Positions 8,971 to 18,834 are shown, counted from the first letter of the stretch. The stretch is DNA of 64,000 nucleotides from an uncultured Candidatus Poseidoniales archaeon (GCA_964576865.1 CAZNVK010000009.1:2001-66000), one strand, 5' to 3'. Notes: a model not told the origin generated them from the sequence alone. A program made the numbers and translations.

Positions 8971-9200
8971 GAGGCGATTCTGTGTCCGGAATCGAGGCCT
9001 TACTGGCTTTTCTGACAGGCCTCGTCCTGTTCACCTATGGCTCGCGCCGACTCGATGACCGTATCGGTTTGGGGCTGCTCCTCGCCGCTGCGGCGGCCCT
9101 GTATTCGATCGGCCCGAACCCGTTTCTATTCGGAATGTTTCTGGCCTGTGGTTGGTATTTGCTGAGTCTAGCCGTCGACCGAGCCTTCCCGGCTGAATGA
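8967..9200 (+). CDS. Small hypothetical membrane protein
   Basis: 77 aa. Its ATG overlaps the preceding stop (ATGA). Two to three hydrophobic helices. No recognisable family. Confidence 0.4.
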   Translation: MRGDSVSGIEALLAFLTGLVLFTYGSRRLDDRIGLGLLLAAAAALYSIGPNPFLFGMFLACGWYLLSLAVDRAFPAE

Positions 9201-9210
9201 GCGGCCGAAT

Positions 9211-10377
9211 TCAATCGTCGAAAAGGCCGAATGGAAGGTCGATCATTCGGCTGCTATCTTCGGCATCCTCGTCGTTTTCGCCCGATTCACCCTCCCCTGA
9301 ATCCTCATCGCCGCCTCCTGTTGTCCGCTTCCAAGCACCGAAGCCATCCAGAGGGTCGCCCTCCTCGTCTACGGAGTCGGAGGTGGGTGATGCATCTTCT
9401 TCGAGTAGGGTCTGGTTGAGATTCTCGATGCGCTCCTCTGGGTCGCGCATCCAATCCGGCATATCGTGCGCACCACCGAGAACCGAGATGGTCGTGAAGA
9501 CCGCGACGGGAAGGACCGAGATGGCGACGAGGAAGTCGATAATCGCCGCGTCGGGAACTTGTTCGGCAGGCATGATGGATTCTAGCAAGACCGCTTCCAA
9601 TTGCACGCTGTGCCAAACCGAATAATCGACCGCGAGCCATTCGAGGGCGAGTTGTAACATCACGCGCGCGATGAACCAGAAGATAATGATGGGCAGAATC
9701 CATGAGAATTTTGAGATTCGAGCCAGAATCTTACGGAACCATGCTGCGATTCCGATGAGATGGCGAGAGTAAATCGGTTGGATTCTGAGGCCGAACCAGA
9801 GCGCGATGAAATAGCCCACCATCCCCAATTCGAAGGCCTGTTCGGGCTTGAGAAAGCGCTCTGGAGTACCTTCCATTATTCCTAATGGAATAGCGATCAG
9901 CGCGACTTGAATCGGAATAGCCAGAATCTGCAGGCCCCCATGAATCGAGAGAATATCGTAGGTATCGGTACGACTGCTGACGAGCCGAGCCATCTGACCG
10001 TACGGACTCGATTGCAGATTGAGTCTGGCTCGGTCGATCAACTCGGGCGTATTGACCTTCCGACGCAGGCCCAGAACCGTCAACCATCCACCTCTGTCCG
10101 CGACGCTGGCAGGCGAGTACGCTCCCGCGACCAAGGCCAGAATCAGTGAGAGGAATCCGTAGGCCAGACCAGCGATGATTATCCAGTCAAGCGCGGCTAG
10201 GTCGATGTCGAATGAGAGTTGCTCGCCGTCATTATCAATCGAGAGAAGGTAGGTCAGGGAAAAGCCAACAATGGGTGCGATCGTCACCTGCCCGAGGACG
10301 ATGGTAGCCAGAAAGAATCGAGGAAGTAGTGGACTCTTCCCTCCAGTCATCGAGCCGTGGCAACTCCAAACCAACAT
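9211..10377 (-). CDS. Hypothetical multi-pass membrane protein with an acidic C-terminal tail
   Basis: 388-aa ORF with about 8 hydrophobic segments. The tail is EEDASPTSDSVDEEGD...GGGDEDSGEGESGENDEDAEDS. Confidence 0.55.
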   Translation of the reverse strand: MLVWSCHGSMTGGKSPLLPRFFLATIVLGQVTIAPIVGFSLTYLLSIDNDGEQLSFDIDLAALDWIIIAGLAYGFLSLILALVAGAYSPASVADRGGWLTVLGLRRKVNTPELIDRARLNLQSSPYGQMARLVSSRTDTYDILSIHGGLQILAIPIQVALIAIPLGIMEGTPERFLKPEQAFELGMVGYFIALWFGLRIQPIYSRHLIGIAAWFRKILARISKFSWILPIIIFWFIARVMLQLALEWLAVDYSVWHSVQLEAVLLESIMPAEQVPDAAIIDFLVAISVLPVAVFTTISVLGGAHDMPDWMRDPEERIENLNQTLLEEDASPTSDSVDEEGDPLDGFGAWKRTTGGGDEDSGEGESGENDEDAEDSSRMIDLPFGLFDD

Positions 10378-10453
10378 AAGCCCTTCATTCGAAGATGCAG
10401 TACCAATCCTTGTTCATCGACATGAGTGAAGTTCGCCAAAGCACGCAGAAGGT

Positions 10454-10468
10454 CCGCCCGTAGGGCGG
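10454..10468 (+). promoter_or_regulatory. GC hairpin CCGCCC-GTA-GGGCGG followed ~20 nt later by a TTCATA box, upstream of the surface-protein gene
   Basis: Perfect 6-bp arms with a GTA loop. TTCATA lies at 10488-10493 and the ATG at 10510. The rpl3 operon has the same layout upstream. Confidence 0.35.
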
Positions 10469-10509
10469 CGCACGCACCTACCGAACCTTCATACACAAAC
10501 CGATATCGC

Positions 10510-13500
10510 ATGAACTCGTTGTCTATGCGGAGCCTATCGTCAATCACCTTGTTCGCCATTCTCATGGTGACGAGTCTCTCGCCCCTCGCGTTTGACCCGG
10601 CACTGGACTACACTCCAGCACGCGAGGCCTCACCTCGAGCCCTATTCGATTACGAGGTGACCTCGATCGAGATTGGAAACGGTTCCCTCGACGCAACCGA
10701 GTGGACGAATCCTGACGGCAGCACCGTCGAGTACGTCATGCGAGACGAATTGATTCAGATCAACGTGACATTCACCCAAGCGGGAACCTCTGGTCAACCA
10801 TCGAGCGCAACCGGATATCTCCAGATCTGGCATCCGATCGGATTCAAGCTCGCAGAATGGCAGGTCAACATGAGTCTGTCCGGGTACCAATCTTACCGCG
10901 GAGAGTTCTACTGGACGCCAACCTCAGCTCACAGCCAGTTGGATGAGAACGGCTTCCTCGTGGGCGGCATCATCCTTCGAGGAATCGTCGATGGGGGTCT
11001 CGCTGATGATAACGATGCCAATAACCAACTCGACCGAGAGATGCCGGTCGCGGTCTGGAACGATCCGATGGAGAATGGGATCTGCGGAGATGTCGACCAA
11101 GACAATTCACCGGATTGCCCGAACCAACTCAGCTACGGCAATCCGACTTGGGTCGGAGCGGGTTACGATGCCGATGGCTCCCTCTCCGACCATCCTGATT
11201 ACTACGGCCACTGGCGAATGGACAATACCTCCAGCGCCATCGGTGAGCGCCACTGGCGAGTCTCCCGACAGGGCGCCGATTATGCCAGCAATCGTCTCGA
11301 CAGACTCTGGTGGGGCTGGCTAACTCCTTTCGACAGCTGCGATGATACGGGTCATGGTCTGGGTTACGGGACCTTCGACAATGCAATTTCAGCGCTTTAC
11401 GCCAACAATTTCTGCCGAGCTCGAATCCGTGGATTCGAGTATCTATCGCTCCAGATGGTCTCACATGCTTGGGGCGAGATGGGTGAGGGAGACATGGTTC
11501 GGATGGAAGCCGCTGCAGCCGGCGATGAATTCTACAATTACACCGCTCAGGAACTCTCTACCACGTACGGAGATTGGACTCAATTGGTCTGGAACATGTC
11601 CGATGTCCATCCAACTGGAGATTACACGCTGGCATTCAGATTCGATTCCGATTCGTCGTACGCCACTCAAGGAATCCACCTCGACGGATTCATCCTCTTC
11701 GGAATCGAGAGGGTCGCGGAATACACCCTCGACGTCGATTGTGACGACCCACTCCCGAATGCCTACATCGTCATTCCAGCCGACCCTCGACCTCCATCGC
11801 TTGCTTGCAAGGTGAAGAATAACGGATACGTGGATATTACCCTGCGCATCTACACCGAGGTATCGAACAAGTCGTGGATGTGGGAGCACCCTCTCAGAAT
11901 TGATTCAAACCACCCCTCAGATCACGACAATAGCGTGGTGACGAAGAACATCAAGGCCCTCGAAACCATGGATTTGTGGATCAATTTGACGATTCCCGAC
12001 GGAGTTACTGTGCAGGAGGTCAATTGGTACGTCCACATCGGTGACGGACTGACGAATTTCTCCAAGTGGAGCATCGATCTTCCTGTTGACGTCACCGCCG
12101 CATATTCCGCTTATCTCACTCAGAAAACTCTCGCAAATCCTGCCGTCACCCTGCTTCCCGGCGAAACTGGCGATGTCACTATGACCCTGAAGAATACGGG
12201 TAATCAGAAGGCGACTTGGAACCTCGGCGGTACTTTCGCTGACAATCGATGGAGCGCTGTGAATCTGGTCTGGATGAATGAGACTGGAGTGGAGATGACC
12301 AGTATTGAGATGGCTATCGGAGACAAATTCGAACTCAATGCTCGCGTCACCGCACCCGATGAGATAACCCCCGGCTCTTACGCCATCACCCTACTCGCTA
12401 ACGGACGGGCACCGGCTAATTTCCAGACTGAATGGACCATTCATGTCGAGGTCCCAATCGATCATGATCTCAAATTGAATCCTGAGGTCAGGGAGATGCT
12501 TGCGCCTGCTGATGGTGCATTACGCTGGATTGAGATACAACTCGTCAACGATGGAAATTCCGAGGAGGCCTTCGACCTCACCATCTCATCCGATTGGCGC
12601 CTCGGTCTTTATCTGAATGCGGAACAGACCCTTGGAATCGACCCATTCGGAGGCGATACGAGTATTCTGCTGATGTTCCCGATGCCGTATGGAATCGAGA
12701 ACGAAACCTACCAAATCTGGGTTCGAGCAACGAGTCAGAGCAATCCGCAATACCAGCGCAGCGTCCAATTGCTGCTGACGGTGCCTGAGACATACCTCGT
12801 CGATGTTCCAGACATGGATCTCACCGACGAGGTATACCGCGCAGGCGATGACCCCCGCACGATGCGCTGGGAGGTCTGGAATAATGGCAATATGCCTGAT
12901 AGATACCACATCTCCTTTGAGACGAGCCATTCTGATATCTCGGTCTTTGCAAAGGATCTGACCAATGGAAAGACCGGATGGATCGAGCCCGGTTCTTCGG
13001 TCAATCTCTCGGTGAGTTATGCCTTCGAGCAAGGCGCCGATGGCGACCGAACAGTGACCATGATTGCTACCAGTCAAGAGGCCGATTCCGTCGGTCAGAG
13101 CGTTTCAGCTCAAGGTGAGGCCGATTTCAAGGTGGGCAAGGTTGGCTGGTTACTGGTCCTGCCTCCTGCTGGAGGTCAGACGGTCGTCATCGACGAGAAG
13201 GGTTCTGTGACACTCGAATTCACTGTCCAGAACCTGCATACGACTTCTGAACAATTGATGCGAGCCGATATCGACAGGACGACTGAACCGGACCTGTTCT
13301 ACAATGTCCTCGATGTCCGCGTAGACAGTGAGGACCGTGATTTCGTTCTCGGCCCTCAGGCAACGAAGGTGGTCACCGTCACAGTGAATGTGGCGCAGGA
13401 GAATCTGGACAATCTTGCTGAGAATACGATGATGTTCAACGTGATTCTATCGGTTGACTCCGACATCGACAAGGTCTCGGTCGGAACTCCGATTCAGTTG

Positions 13501-14124
13501 GTGAAGACGGTCCAGACCTCCGATGGTCCAGAATTCGGCTTGATGGCGAAGATTGCTGCGAATATCGTCTTCGTCCTCGCCGGACTGGTCGCGATGGGTG
13601 TGGTCTTGGTCATCACCCTCCGTATCGTTCGTGAGGCGGGCGCGCCGCTTGAGGAATACTCGAGCATCGAGGATTACTCGCCGAGCTTCGTCGACTTCGG
13701 TGGAGACAGCGCGGTCCCTGCCGCGCCCGAGTTGCCCGCCGCCGATGAAGTCGCGAATTCTATGTTCGGCGGCTCGGCGGAAATCTTCGAGAATCCTGCC
13801 GCTGAGATGCCACCTCCTCCATTGCCTGAAGCAGATGCACCATCACCCGAGATGCCACCTCCTCCGATGCCAGAGCCTGAGGCGATCCCCGAGGCTGTGC
13901 CAGAGGCGATTCCTGAGCCAGAAGGGGTTGAGGAGGTCTTCGAGGAAGAAGTCGAGGTGGAGGAGCCGGCCGAGGAGGCTGTCGAAGAACCGACTCCCGA
14001 GGCCGAGCCAGAACTCCCACCAGGTGTTCCACCCGTTCCTGAAGAAGGCCTACCCGAGGGCTGGACGATGGAGCAGTGGGCCTACTATGGCCAGAAATGG
14101 CTCGACCAGAATAAGGGTAATTGA
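10510..14124 (+). CDS. Large cell-surface protein (CARDB/DUF11-like repeats) with a C-terminal TM anchor and a Pro/Glu-rich cytoplasmic tail
   Basis: Starts at ATG 10510 (MNSLSMRSLSSITLFAILMVTSLSPLAF signal). Contains repeated beta-rich modules such as LLPGETGDVTMTLKNTGNQKATWNL. The TM helix is IAANIVFVLAGLVAMGVVLVITL. The tail contains EMPPPPLPE.../EMPPPPMPE... Confidence 0.7.
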   Translation: MNSLSMRSLSSITLFAILMVTSLSPLAFDPALDYTPAREASPRALFDYEVTSIEIGNGSLDATEWTNPDGSTVEYVMRDELIQINVTFTQAGTSGQPSSATGYLQIWHPIGFKLAEWQVNMSLSGYQSYRGEFYWTPTSAHSQLDENGFLVGGIILRGIVDGGLADDNDANNQLDREMPVAVWNDPMENGICGDVDQDNSPDCPNQLSYGNPTWVGAGYDADGSLSDHPDYYGHWRMDNTSSAIGERHWRVSRQGADYASNRLDRLWWGWLTPFDSCDDTGHGLGYGTFDNAISALYANNFCRARIRGFEYLSLQMVSHAWGEMGEGDMVRMEAAAAGDEFYNYTAQELSTTYGDWTQLVWNMSDVHPTGDYTLAFRFDSDSSYATQGIHLDGFILFGIERVAEYTLDVDCDDPLPNAYIVIPADPRPPSLACKVKNNGYVDITLRIYTEVSNKSWMWEHPLRIDSNHPSDHDNSVVTKNIKALETMDLWINLTIPDGVTVQEVNWYVHIGDGLTNFSKWSIDLPVDVTAAYSAYLTQKTLANPAVTLLPGETGDVTMTLKNTGNQKATWNLGGTFADNRWSAVNLVWMNETGVEMTSIEMAIGDKFELNARVTAPDEITPGSYAITLLANGRAPANFQTEWTIHVEVPIDHDLKLNPEVREMLAPADGALRWIEIQLVNDGNSEEAFDLTISSDWRLGLYLNAEQTLGIDPFGGDTSILLMFPMPYGIENETYQIWVRATSQSNPQYQRSVQLLLTVPETYLVDVPDMDLTDEVYRAGDDPRTMRWEVWNNGNMPDRYHISFETSHSDISVFAKDLTNGKTGWIEPGSSVNLSVSYAFEQGADGDRTVTMIATSQEADSVGQSVSAQGEADFKVGKVGWLLVLPPAGGQTVVIDEKGSVTLEFTVQNLHTTSEQLMRADIDRTTEPDLFYNVLDVRVDSEDRDFVLGPQATKVVTVTVNVAQENLDNLAENTMMFNVILSVDSDIDKVSVGTPIQLVKTVQTSDGPEFGLMAKIAANIVFVLAGLVAMGVVLVITLRIVREAGAPLEEYSSIEDYSPSFVDFGGDSAVPAAPELPAADEVANSMFGGSAEIFENPAAEMPPPPLPEADAPSPEMPPPPMPEPEAIPEAVPEAIPEPEGVEEVFEEEVEVEEPAEEAVEEPTPEAEPELPPGVPPVPEEGLPEGWTMEQWAYYGQKWLDQNKGN

Positions 14125-14253
14125 GCCTGATATTCGGAATTCTCCGGTGCGAATCGGCTGATTGTGGGACGAGCGCGCTCGCGCCTACGTGTGCGAGGCC
14201 TTATGACCCCCACTCGGGTCGGCGGACTGCTGGATTCCGGAGCGTGATTTCCG

Positions 14254-15864
14254 ATGTACAACGGTCAACAACCTATATTCATCCTCAAGGAGGGGACTAC
14301 CAGAACGAGTGGAAAGACCGCTCAGAGCAACAATATCGCTGCCGCCAAGGCGGTTGCCGACGCTGTCCGCAGCACTTTGGGACCGAAGGGCATGGACAAG
14401 ATGCTCGTCGATGCAATGGGCGATGTCGTCATCACCAATGATGGCGCGACCATTCTCAAGGAAATGGACATCGAGCACCCTGCTGCTAAGATGATCATCG
14501 AGATCGCCAAGACTCAGGAACAGCACTGCTTCGACGGCACCACCAGTGCCGTCGTCATCGCCGGTGAGCTGCTCAAGCGAAGTGAGGACCTCGTTGAGCA
14601 GAACGTTCACCCAACCGTAATCTGCGAAGGATTCAGGCTGGCTTCAGACAAAGCGGCTGACCTCATCGATTCTCACGCTCTCGATGTCAACGAAGAGCGC
14701 CTCCACGAAGTCGCACGCACCGCGCTTACCGGCAAGAGCGCTGGGGCGGTCAAGGAATTCCTAGCAGACATCTCCGTCCGAGCCGTGATGTCCGTCGGTC
14801 AAGATACCGATGACGGTGTCGTCGTCGACCTCGACGATATCAAGATCGAGAAGAAGCAAGGTGGTTCGATCAAAGATAGCACCCTCGTCGACGGAATCAT
14901 CCTCGACAAGGAACGAGTCCACTCTGGAATGCCTCGTGGATTGGCTGATGCGAAGATCGCTCTCATCAATTCCGCGATCGAGGTCAAGAAGACCGAGGTC
15001 GACGCGAAAATCCAGATCACCGACCCGAATATGTTGGCCCAATTCCTCGACGAGGAGGAGTCATTCCTCAAGGGCCTCGTCGATAAAATCACAGCCAGCG
15101 GCGCCAATGTCGTCATCTGCCAGAAGGGCATCGACGACCTCGCCCAGCACTACATGGCAAAGGCCGGTCTTTTCGCAATCCGCCGCGCCAAGAAGAGCGA
15201 CATGGAAGCGCTCTCAAAGGCGACAGGCGGCAGTATCATCACCAATATCGACGACCTTAGCGGAGACGACCTAGGTCAAGCCGCCAAGGTCGAAGAGCGA
15301 AAGATAGGCGATTCAGACATGGTCTTCATCACCGGCTGCCCGCAAGCCAAGAGTGTCAGCGTCCTGCTGCGCGGCGGAACCGAGCATGTGGTGGATGAGA
15401 TCCGCCGAGCCTTCGACGACGCCGTCGGCGTTGTCGCAGTCGCCCACGAAGACGGAGCGGTCCTTACCGGAGGCGGCTCAGTCCTCGCAGCGATTAGCCG
15501 CGACCTTCGCCAGTACGCAGAAGGAATCGGCGGTCGCGAACAGATGGCAATCGAGGCCTTCGCCGGCGCTCTCGAGGTCATTCCTCGAACCCTCGCCGAG
15601 AACGCCGGCCTCGATCCAGTAAACACAATCATCGATCTCAGAAAGGCGCACTCCGAGGGCCTTTCGACCCACGGAGTAAACGTCTACGACGGCGGTGTAG
15701 TCGATATGCAAGAGAGCAAGGTGTACGAGCCAAGCCGTGTTGTGGAACAGGCCGTGCAGAGCGCTTCGGAGACCGCGGTTATGATTCTGAGAATAGACGA
15801 TGTCATCTCCAGTAAGGGTGGCGGCGGCATGGATGGCGCCGACTTCGATGGCTTCGATATGTAA
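14254..15864 (+). CDS. ths: Thermosome subunit (group II chaperonin)
   Basis: 536 aa. Contains [25 protein letters not shown] and a GGGAxE-type region; the C-terminus is GGGGMDG. Confidence 0.95.
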   Translation: MYNGQQPIFILKEGTTRTSGKTAQSNNIAAAKAVADAVRSTLGPKGMDKMLVDAMGDVVITNDGATILKEMDIEHPAAKMIIEIAKTQEQHCFDGTTSAVVIAGELLKRSEDLVEQNVHPTVICEGFRLASDKAADLIDSHALDVNEERLHEVARTALTGKSAGAVKEFLADISVRAVMSVGQDTDDGVVVDLDDIKIEKKQGGSIKDSTLVDGIILDKERVHSGMPRGLADAKIALINSAIEVKKTEVDAKIQITDPNMLAQFLDEEESFLKGLVDKITASGANVVICQKGIDDLAQHYMAKAGLFAIRRAKKSDMEALSKATGGSIITNIDDLSGDDLGQAAKVEERKIGDSDMVFITGCPQAKSVSVLLRGGTEHVVDEIRRAFDDAVGVVAVAHEDGAVLTGGGSVLAAISRDLRQYAEGIGGREQMAIEAFAGALEVIPRTLAENAGLDPVNTIIDLRKAHSEGLSTHGVNVYDGGVVDMQESKVYEPSRVVEQAVQSASETAVMILRIDDVISSKGGGGMDGADFDGFDM

Positions 15865-15872
15865 GGTCATTT

Positions 15873-15887
15873 ACGACCGTAGGTCGT
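15873..15887 (+). terminator. Hairpin ACGACC-GTA-GGTCGT 9 nt after the thermosome stop codon
   Basis: Perfect 6-bp palindrome with a GTA loop. It shares the exact 11-mer CCGTAGGTCGT with 7813-7823. Confidence 0.35.
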
Positions 15888-15959
15888 ACCAGACGTTTGC
15901 ATCAAGTTCAAGAATCGATTTCCGGTGGCAAGCCTGCCCGTCAGGGCTGAGATGGTTCG

Positions 15960-17939
15960 ATGGCAATCGTCAGTGTCTGGATTGAAGAGGGCTGCATCAC
16001 CTGCGATGCCTGTGAAGAGATCCTCCCCGAAGTCTTCCACGTCACCGATGACACATGCTACATCAAGTCCGAAGTCCGAGTCGATGGCGGCTACGACCGC
16101 AACGAAGTTCAGGCTGGTTTGACGCCCGAAACGATTTCTGAATTCCACGATGATATCCTCGACGCCGCCGACGGCTGTCCGGTGGATGTCATCATCGTCG
16201 TCGAAGCTGGCGAGGCTGCCGCAGAGGCTACTGAGGAAGCACCTACAGCAGCCGAGGTTGAGGCCGTACCGGCCGAGGCAGCGACCGAGGCTCCCATCGA
16301 GGTTGCCGGCGACGATATCGACGAATTACTGAGTGCGGGCGACCGCAGCCTGGCAATCCTATTCGGTTCACAATCCGGCAATTCCGAGGAGCTTGCTGCA
16401 AAGTTCGCCAAGCAGGCTGCGGATTACGGCTTGACAGGCGCCGTCCACGATATGGACGGCTTCGACTTTGGTTCCCTGTCGGGCATGAAGCGTGTTCTCA
16501 TCGTCTGTTCGACCTGGGGCGAGGGCGAGATGCCCGACAATGCCGAGGAGCTTTGGCAGACCGCGACGAAGGCTCCAGCCGGCAGTCTGTCCGGAGTCCA
16601 CTTCTCGGTCTGCGCTCTCGGCGATACGAGCTACGAATTCTTCTGCGAGTCTGGAAAGGACTGGGATGAACAATTCGAGAAGCTCGGTGCGACGCGGTTG
16701 GTAGACCGCGTCGATTGTGATGTGGATTATGATGGTCCAGCGGCCGCTTGGGCGCTCGATGCTCTGGCCGCTGTAGCCGCCGTCGATGGCGCCGGCGTTT
16801 ACCACGAAGAGATGGTCGAGGCAATCAAGGCTCATGCCGCTGGTGACTCTGGTGGTGCAGATGGCGAGGACGGATTCTCCGTTCCCGACCTGACAGCAGC
16901 CGCAATTCAAGCAGAAATCAGCATCTTCCGCTACGACCCAGAGGCGGCTTCGACCGGCTCTGACACTTGGGTCTGTGCGATGCCGGGCAGCATGAGCCTA
17001 CTCGAAGCCCTTCGAACCATCAAGAGCACACACGACGGCAGCCTATCCTTCCGCGATGGGGCTGCCGACGACCCAACGACTGCAATCTGCGTCAACGGCC
17101 GATTGGTCCTTCCAGGAACCATCCGCCTCGACGCACTCGCACCGACTCGCGACGGCACACTCAGTCTGCGAGTCGACCCACTCCCCGGCTTCGATGTCAT
17201 ACGTGACCTCGTAGTCGATCACTGGTCGATGGAGCGCCGCCGCGAATCGACCGAACCATGGATGGTCGCCGCAACCCGAGAAGGGGCCGCGACCATGCAA
17301 GGCGCAATAGGCACAATGGAGCCGAATGTCGCCACGGCGCTGCACTCGATTACCGATTTCAGCAGCGCCGCCCTCCTCCAAGCATCATCCGACGCAGTTC
17401 CGCACGCTAACGGATATCTCGGGCCCAGCGTCCTAGCATCAGCCTGGGCCCGCCGCAACGACCCTCGCTCATCCCAATCCTCAGTAGCGAGCATCGATGC
17501 AGTTCTCGGCAGTTCAAACGGCATCAAGGCCGAGACAGACCTAGCTAGCATCAGGCGCCAAAACGGGTCCGGAGTCGTCATTTCGGAGGCTTTGTTGGAC
17601 GCACGAACGCACGTTCTAGAGCAGGAAGGGTTCACCGGCCGCCACGGCAAGCACGTCTGGTGGTACGCATGGACTCTGAAGTCTAGCGGCAAGGTCAACG
17701 ATACGGTCCTCTATCGACAGGTTCTGGGGCCAATTGGCCTCCTTGGAAACCTCACTTCTGGCGTCACCGCTCGCATGGTCGCTGGCTTCACTCGCACCGG
17801 TGGGGACATGTTCTACGATATGCTGGCGATGGTCGCTCCACCGGCTGGATTCGGAAAGATGCCGCGGCAATTCAATTCATCAGTCGAGAATCATCACGAA
17901 GTCGTGGCGATTTTCAACGAGCTCGACGGGAGATTCTGA
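15960..17939 (+). CDS. Fusion protein: single-cluster ferredoxin + flavodoxin (FMN) domain + Cys-less SdhB/FrdB-like domain
   Basis: 659 aa. The ferredoxin part is CITCDAC...DGCPVDVI. The flavodoxin part is LAILFGSQSGNSEELA, STWGEGEMPDNA and ALGDTSYEFFC. The SdhB-like part is SIFRYDP, SLSFRDG, PLPGFDVIRDLVVD and YLGPSVLASAWARRNDPRS, with no cluster cysteines. Confidence 0.7.
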   Translation: MAIVSVWIEEGCITCDACEEILPEVFHVTDDTCYIKSEVRVDGGYDRNEVQAGLTPETISEFHDDILDAADGCPVDVIIVVEAGEAAAEATEEAPTAAEVEAVPAEAATEAPIEVAGDDIDELLSAGDRSLAILFGSQSGNSEELAAKFAKQAADYGLTGAVHDMDGFDFGSLSGMKRVLIVCSTWGEGEMPDNAEELWQTATKAPAGSLSGVHFSVCALGDTSYEFFCESGKDWDEQFEKLGATRLVDRVDCDVDYDGPAAAWALDALAAVAAVDGAGVYHEEMVEAIKAHAAGDSGGADGEDGFSVPDLTAAAIQAEISIFRYDPEAASTGSDTWVCAMPGSMSLLEALRTIKSTHDGSLSFRDGAADDPTTAICVNGRLVLPGTIRLDALAPTRDGTLSLRVDPLPGFDVIRDLVVDHWSMERRRESTEPWMVAATREGAATMQGAIGTMEPNVATALHSITDFSSAALLQASSDAVPHANGYLGPSVLASAWARRNDPRSSQSSVASIDAVLGSSNGIKAETDLASIRRQNGSGVVISEALLDARTHVLEQEGFTGRHGKHVWWYAWTLKSSGKVNDTVLYRQVLGPIGLLGNLTSGVTARMVAGFTRTGGDMFYDMLAMVAPPAGFGKMPRQFNSSVENHHEVVAIFNELDGRF

Positions 17940-17948
17940 GGTGAGAAA

Positions 17949-18809
17949 ATGGCTACCAAGTTTGCTTACCACCCTGGAAACGTCGCCCACAGCAGCGCTC
18001 CTGAGGTTGCTGATACGATGGGACCGCTGGCCCGCGCTTTGGGAATCGAGTTGGTTCCCTTGGCGGGGGCCACCAGTTGCGGCGCCGGGATTGTAAGACA
18101 GGCTAACCGGCGCCTGCAACTGACTCTCAATGCACGCACTTTTGCCTATGCTGAGGCGCAGGGTCTGGACATTCTGACTCCTTGCGCTGCTACCGCTGGC
18201 AATTTGCACGAGGATTTGCAGACTTTGAAGTCTGATCAGATTCTGCTGCAAGAGGTCAATGAGACGCTTGAGCGAACCTGTGGCTTGACAATGACGGGTG
18301 AGGTCAAAGTTCACCATTTGTTGCATGCAATCGTTGACGAGATCGGTATTGAGAAGCTTGAGGAGAAGGTTCGTAATCCGATCGATTTCGCGGTTGCTGG
18401 GTATTACGGGCCTAACATTCAGCAGGATGGGGCTTGCGGCGGAGATGATGTGTATGATCCGAATTATCTCGAGCAGGTGATTTCTGCTTTGGGTGGGACT
18501 CCTGTTCGCTGGGAGGCGAGAACGCAGAGCGTTGGTGTTCCGGGGTTGTTTTCGGAGGAGCCGACCGTGTTGAAGCAGGCTGCTGAGGCTTTGTCTGAGG
18601 CTAAGGCTGAGGGGGCTGATTTGATTGTCAGTGCATGCAATCTTTCGCACGCGGTCCTCGATATCTATCAGGGCAAGGCTGGCCGAAATACTGGGCTAGC
18701 GACAAACATTCCAGTGATTCATCTATGTGAGATGCTGGCTTTTGCTCTGGGCACCCACAATAACCGATTGGCTCTGCTGCGCACGCGTATCGCTGTTATT
18801 GGTGACTGA
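17949..18809 (+). CDS. HdrB/SdhE(type-E SdhC)-like protein with degenerate CCG motifs
   Basis: 286 aa with a two-fold internal architecture typical of CCG-domain proteins. The motif positions read YHPGN/TSCGAG/TPCAATAG and YYGPN/QSVGVPG/SACNLSH in place of Cys-rich consensus sites. Confidence 0.55.
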   Translation: MATKFAYHPGNVAHSSAPEVADTMGPLARALGIELVPLAGATSCGAGIVRQANRRLQLTLNARTFAYAEAQGLDILTPCAATAGNLHEDLQTLKSDQILLQEVNETLERTCGLTMTGEVKVHHLLHAIVDEIGIEKLEEKVRNPIDFAVAGYYGPNIQQDGACGGDDVYDPNYLEQVISALGGTPVRWEARTQSVGVPGLFSEEPTVLKQAAEALSEAKAEGADLIVSACNLSHAVLDIYQGKAGRNTGLATNIPVIHLCEMLAFALGTHNNRLALLRTRIAVIGD

Positions 18810-18834
18810 AATTGGTTGATTCGCGCATTCGCGC

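Noticed and set aside
13804-13865. Two copies of GAGATGCCACCTCCTCC, considered as a possible non-coding tandem repeat or CRISPR-like element
   Set aside because: There are only two copies, they are in frame and they encode EMPPPP within a Pro/Glu-rich tail. This is a coding low-complexity repeat, not an array.
13553-14161. A 202-aa alternative-frame ORF and the antisense ORF 13760..14032 over the tail of the surface-protein gene
   Set aside because: Their translations are low-complexity Arg/Ser/Pro, produced by out-of-frame reading of a GAG/CCN-rich coding repeat. The long in-frame surface-protein ORF explains the region.
14204-14220. TGACCCCC upstream of the thermosome gene, considered as a third member of the rpl3/16S upstream motif (TGACCCCC also occurs at 21587 and 36703)
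   Set aside because: Only the 8-mer is shared, and a few chance hits are expected at this window size. It lies downstream of the TATA-like TTAT, not upstream, and it lacks the TAGGGGTGCAA half.
17880-18650. A 256-aa antisense ORF opposite the HdrB-like gene; also long antisense or alternative-frame ORFs opposite hef (18872..19669, 20014..20790) and within the ribosomal operon (e.g. 25511..26026, 28823..29401, 27707..28249)
   Set aside because: They have skewed Leu/Arg/Ser composition and no motifs, and each fully overlaps a gene with strong homology signatures. This is expected from high third-position GC.
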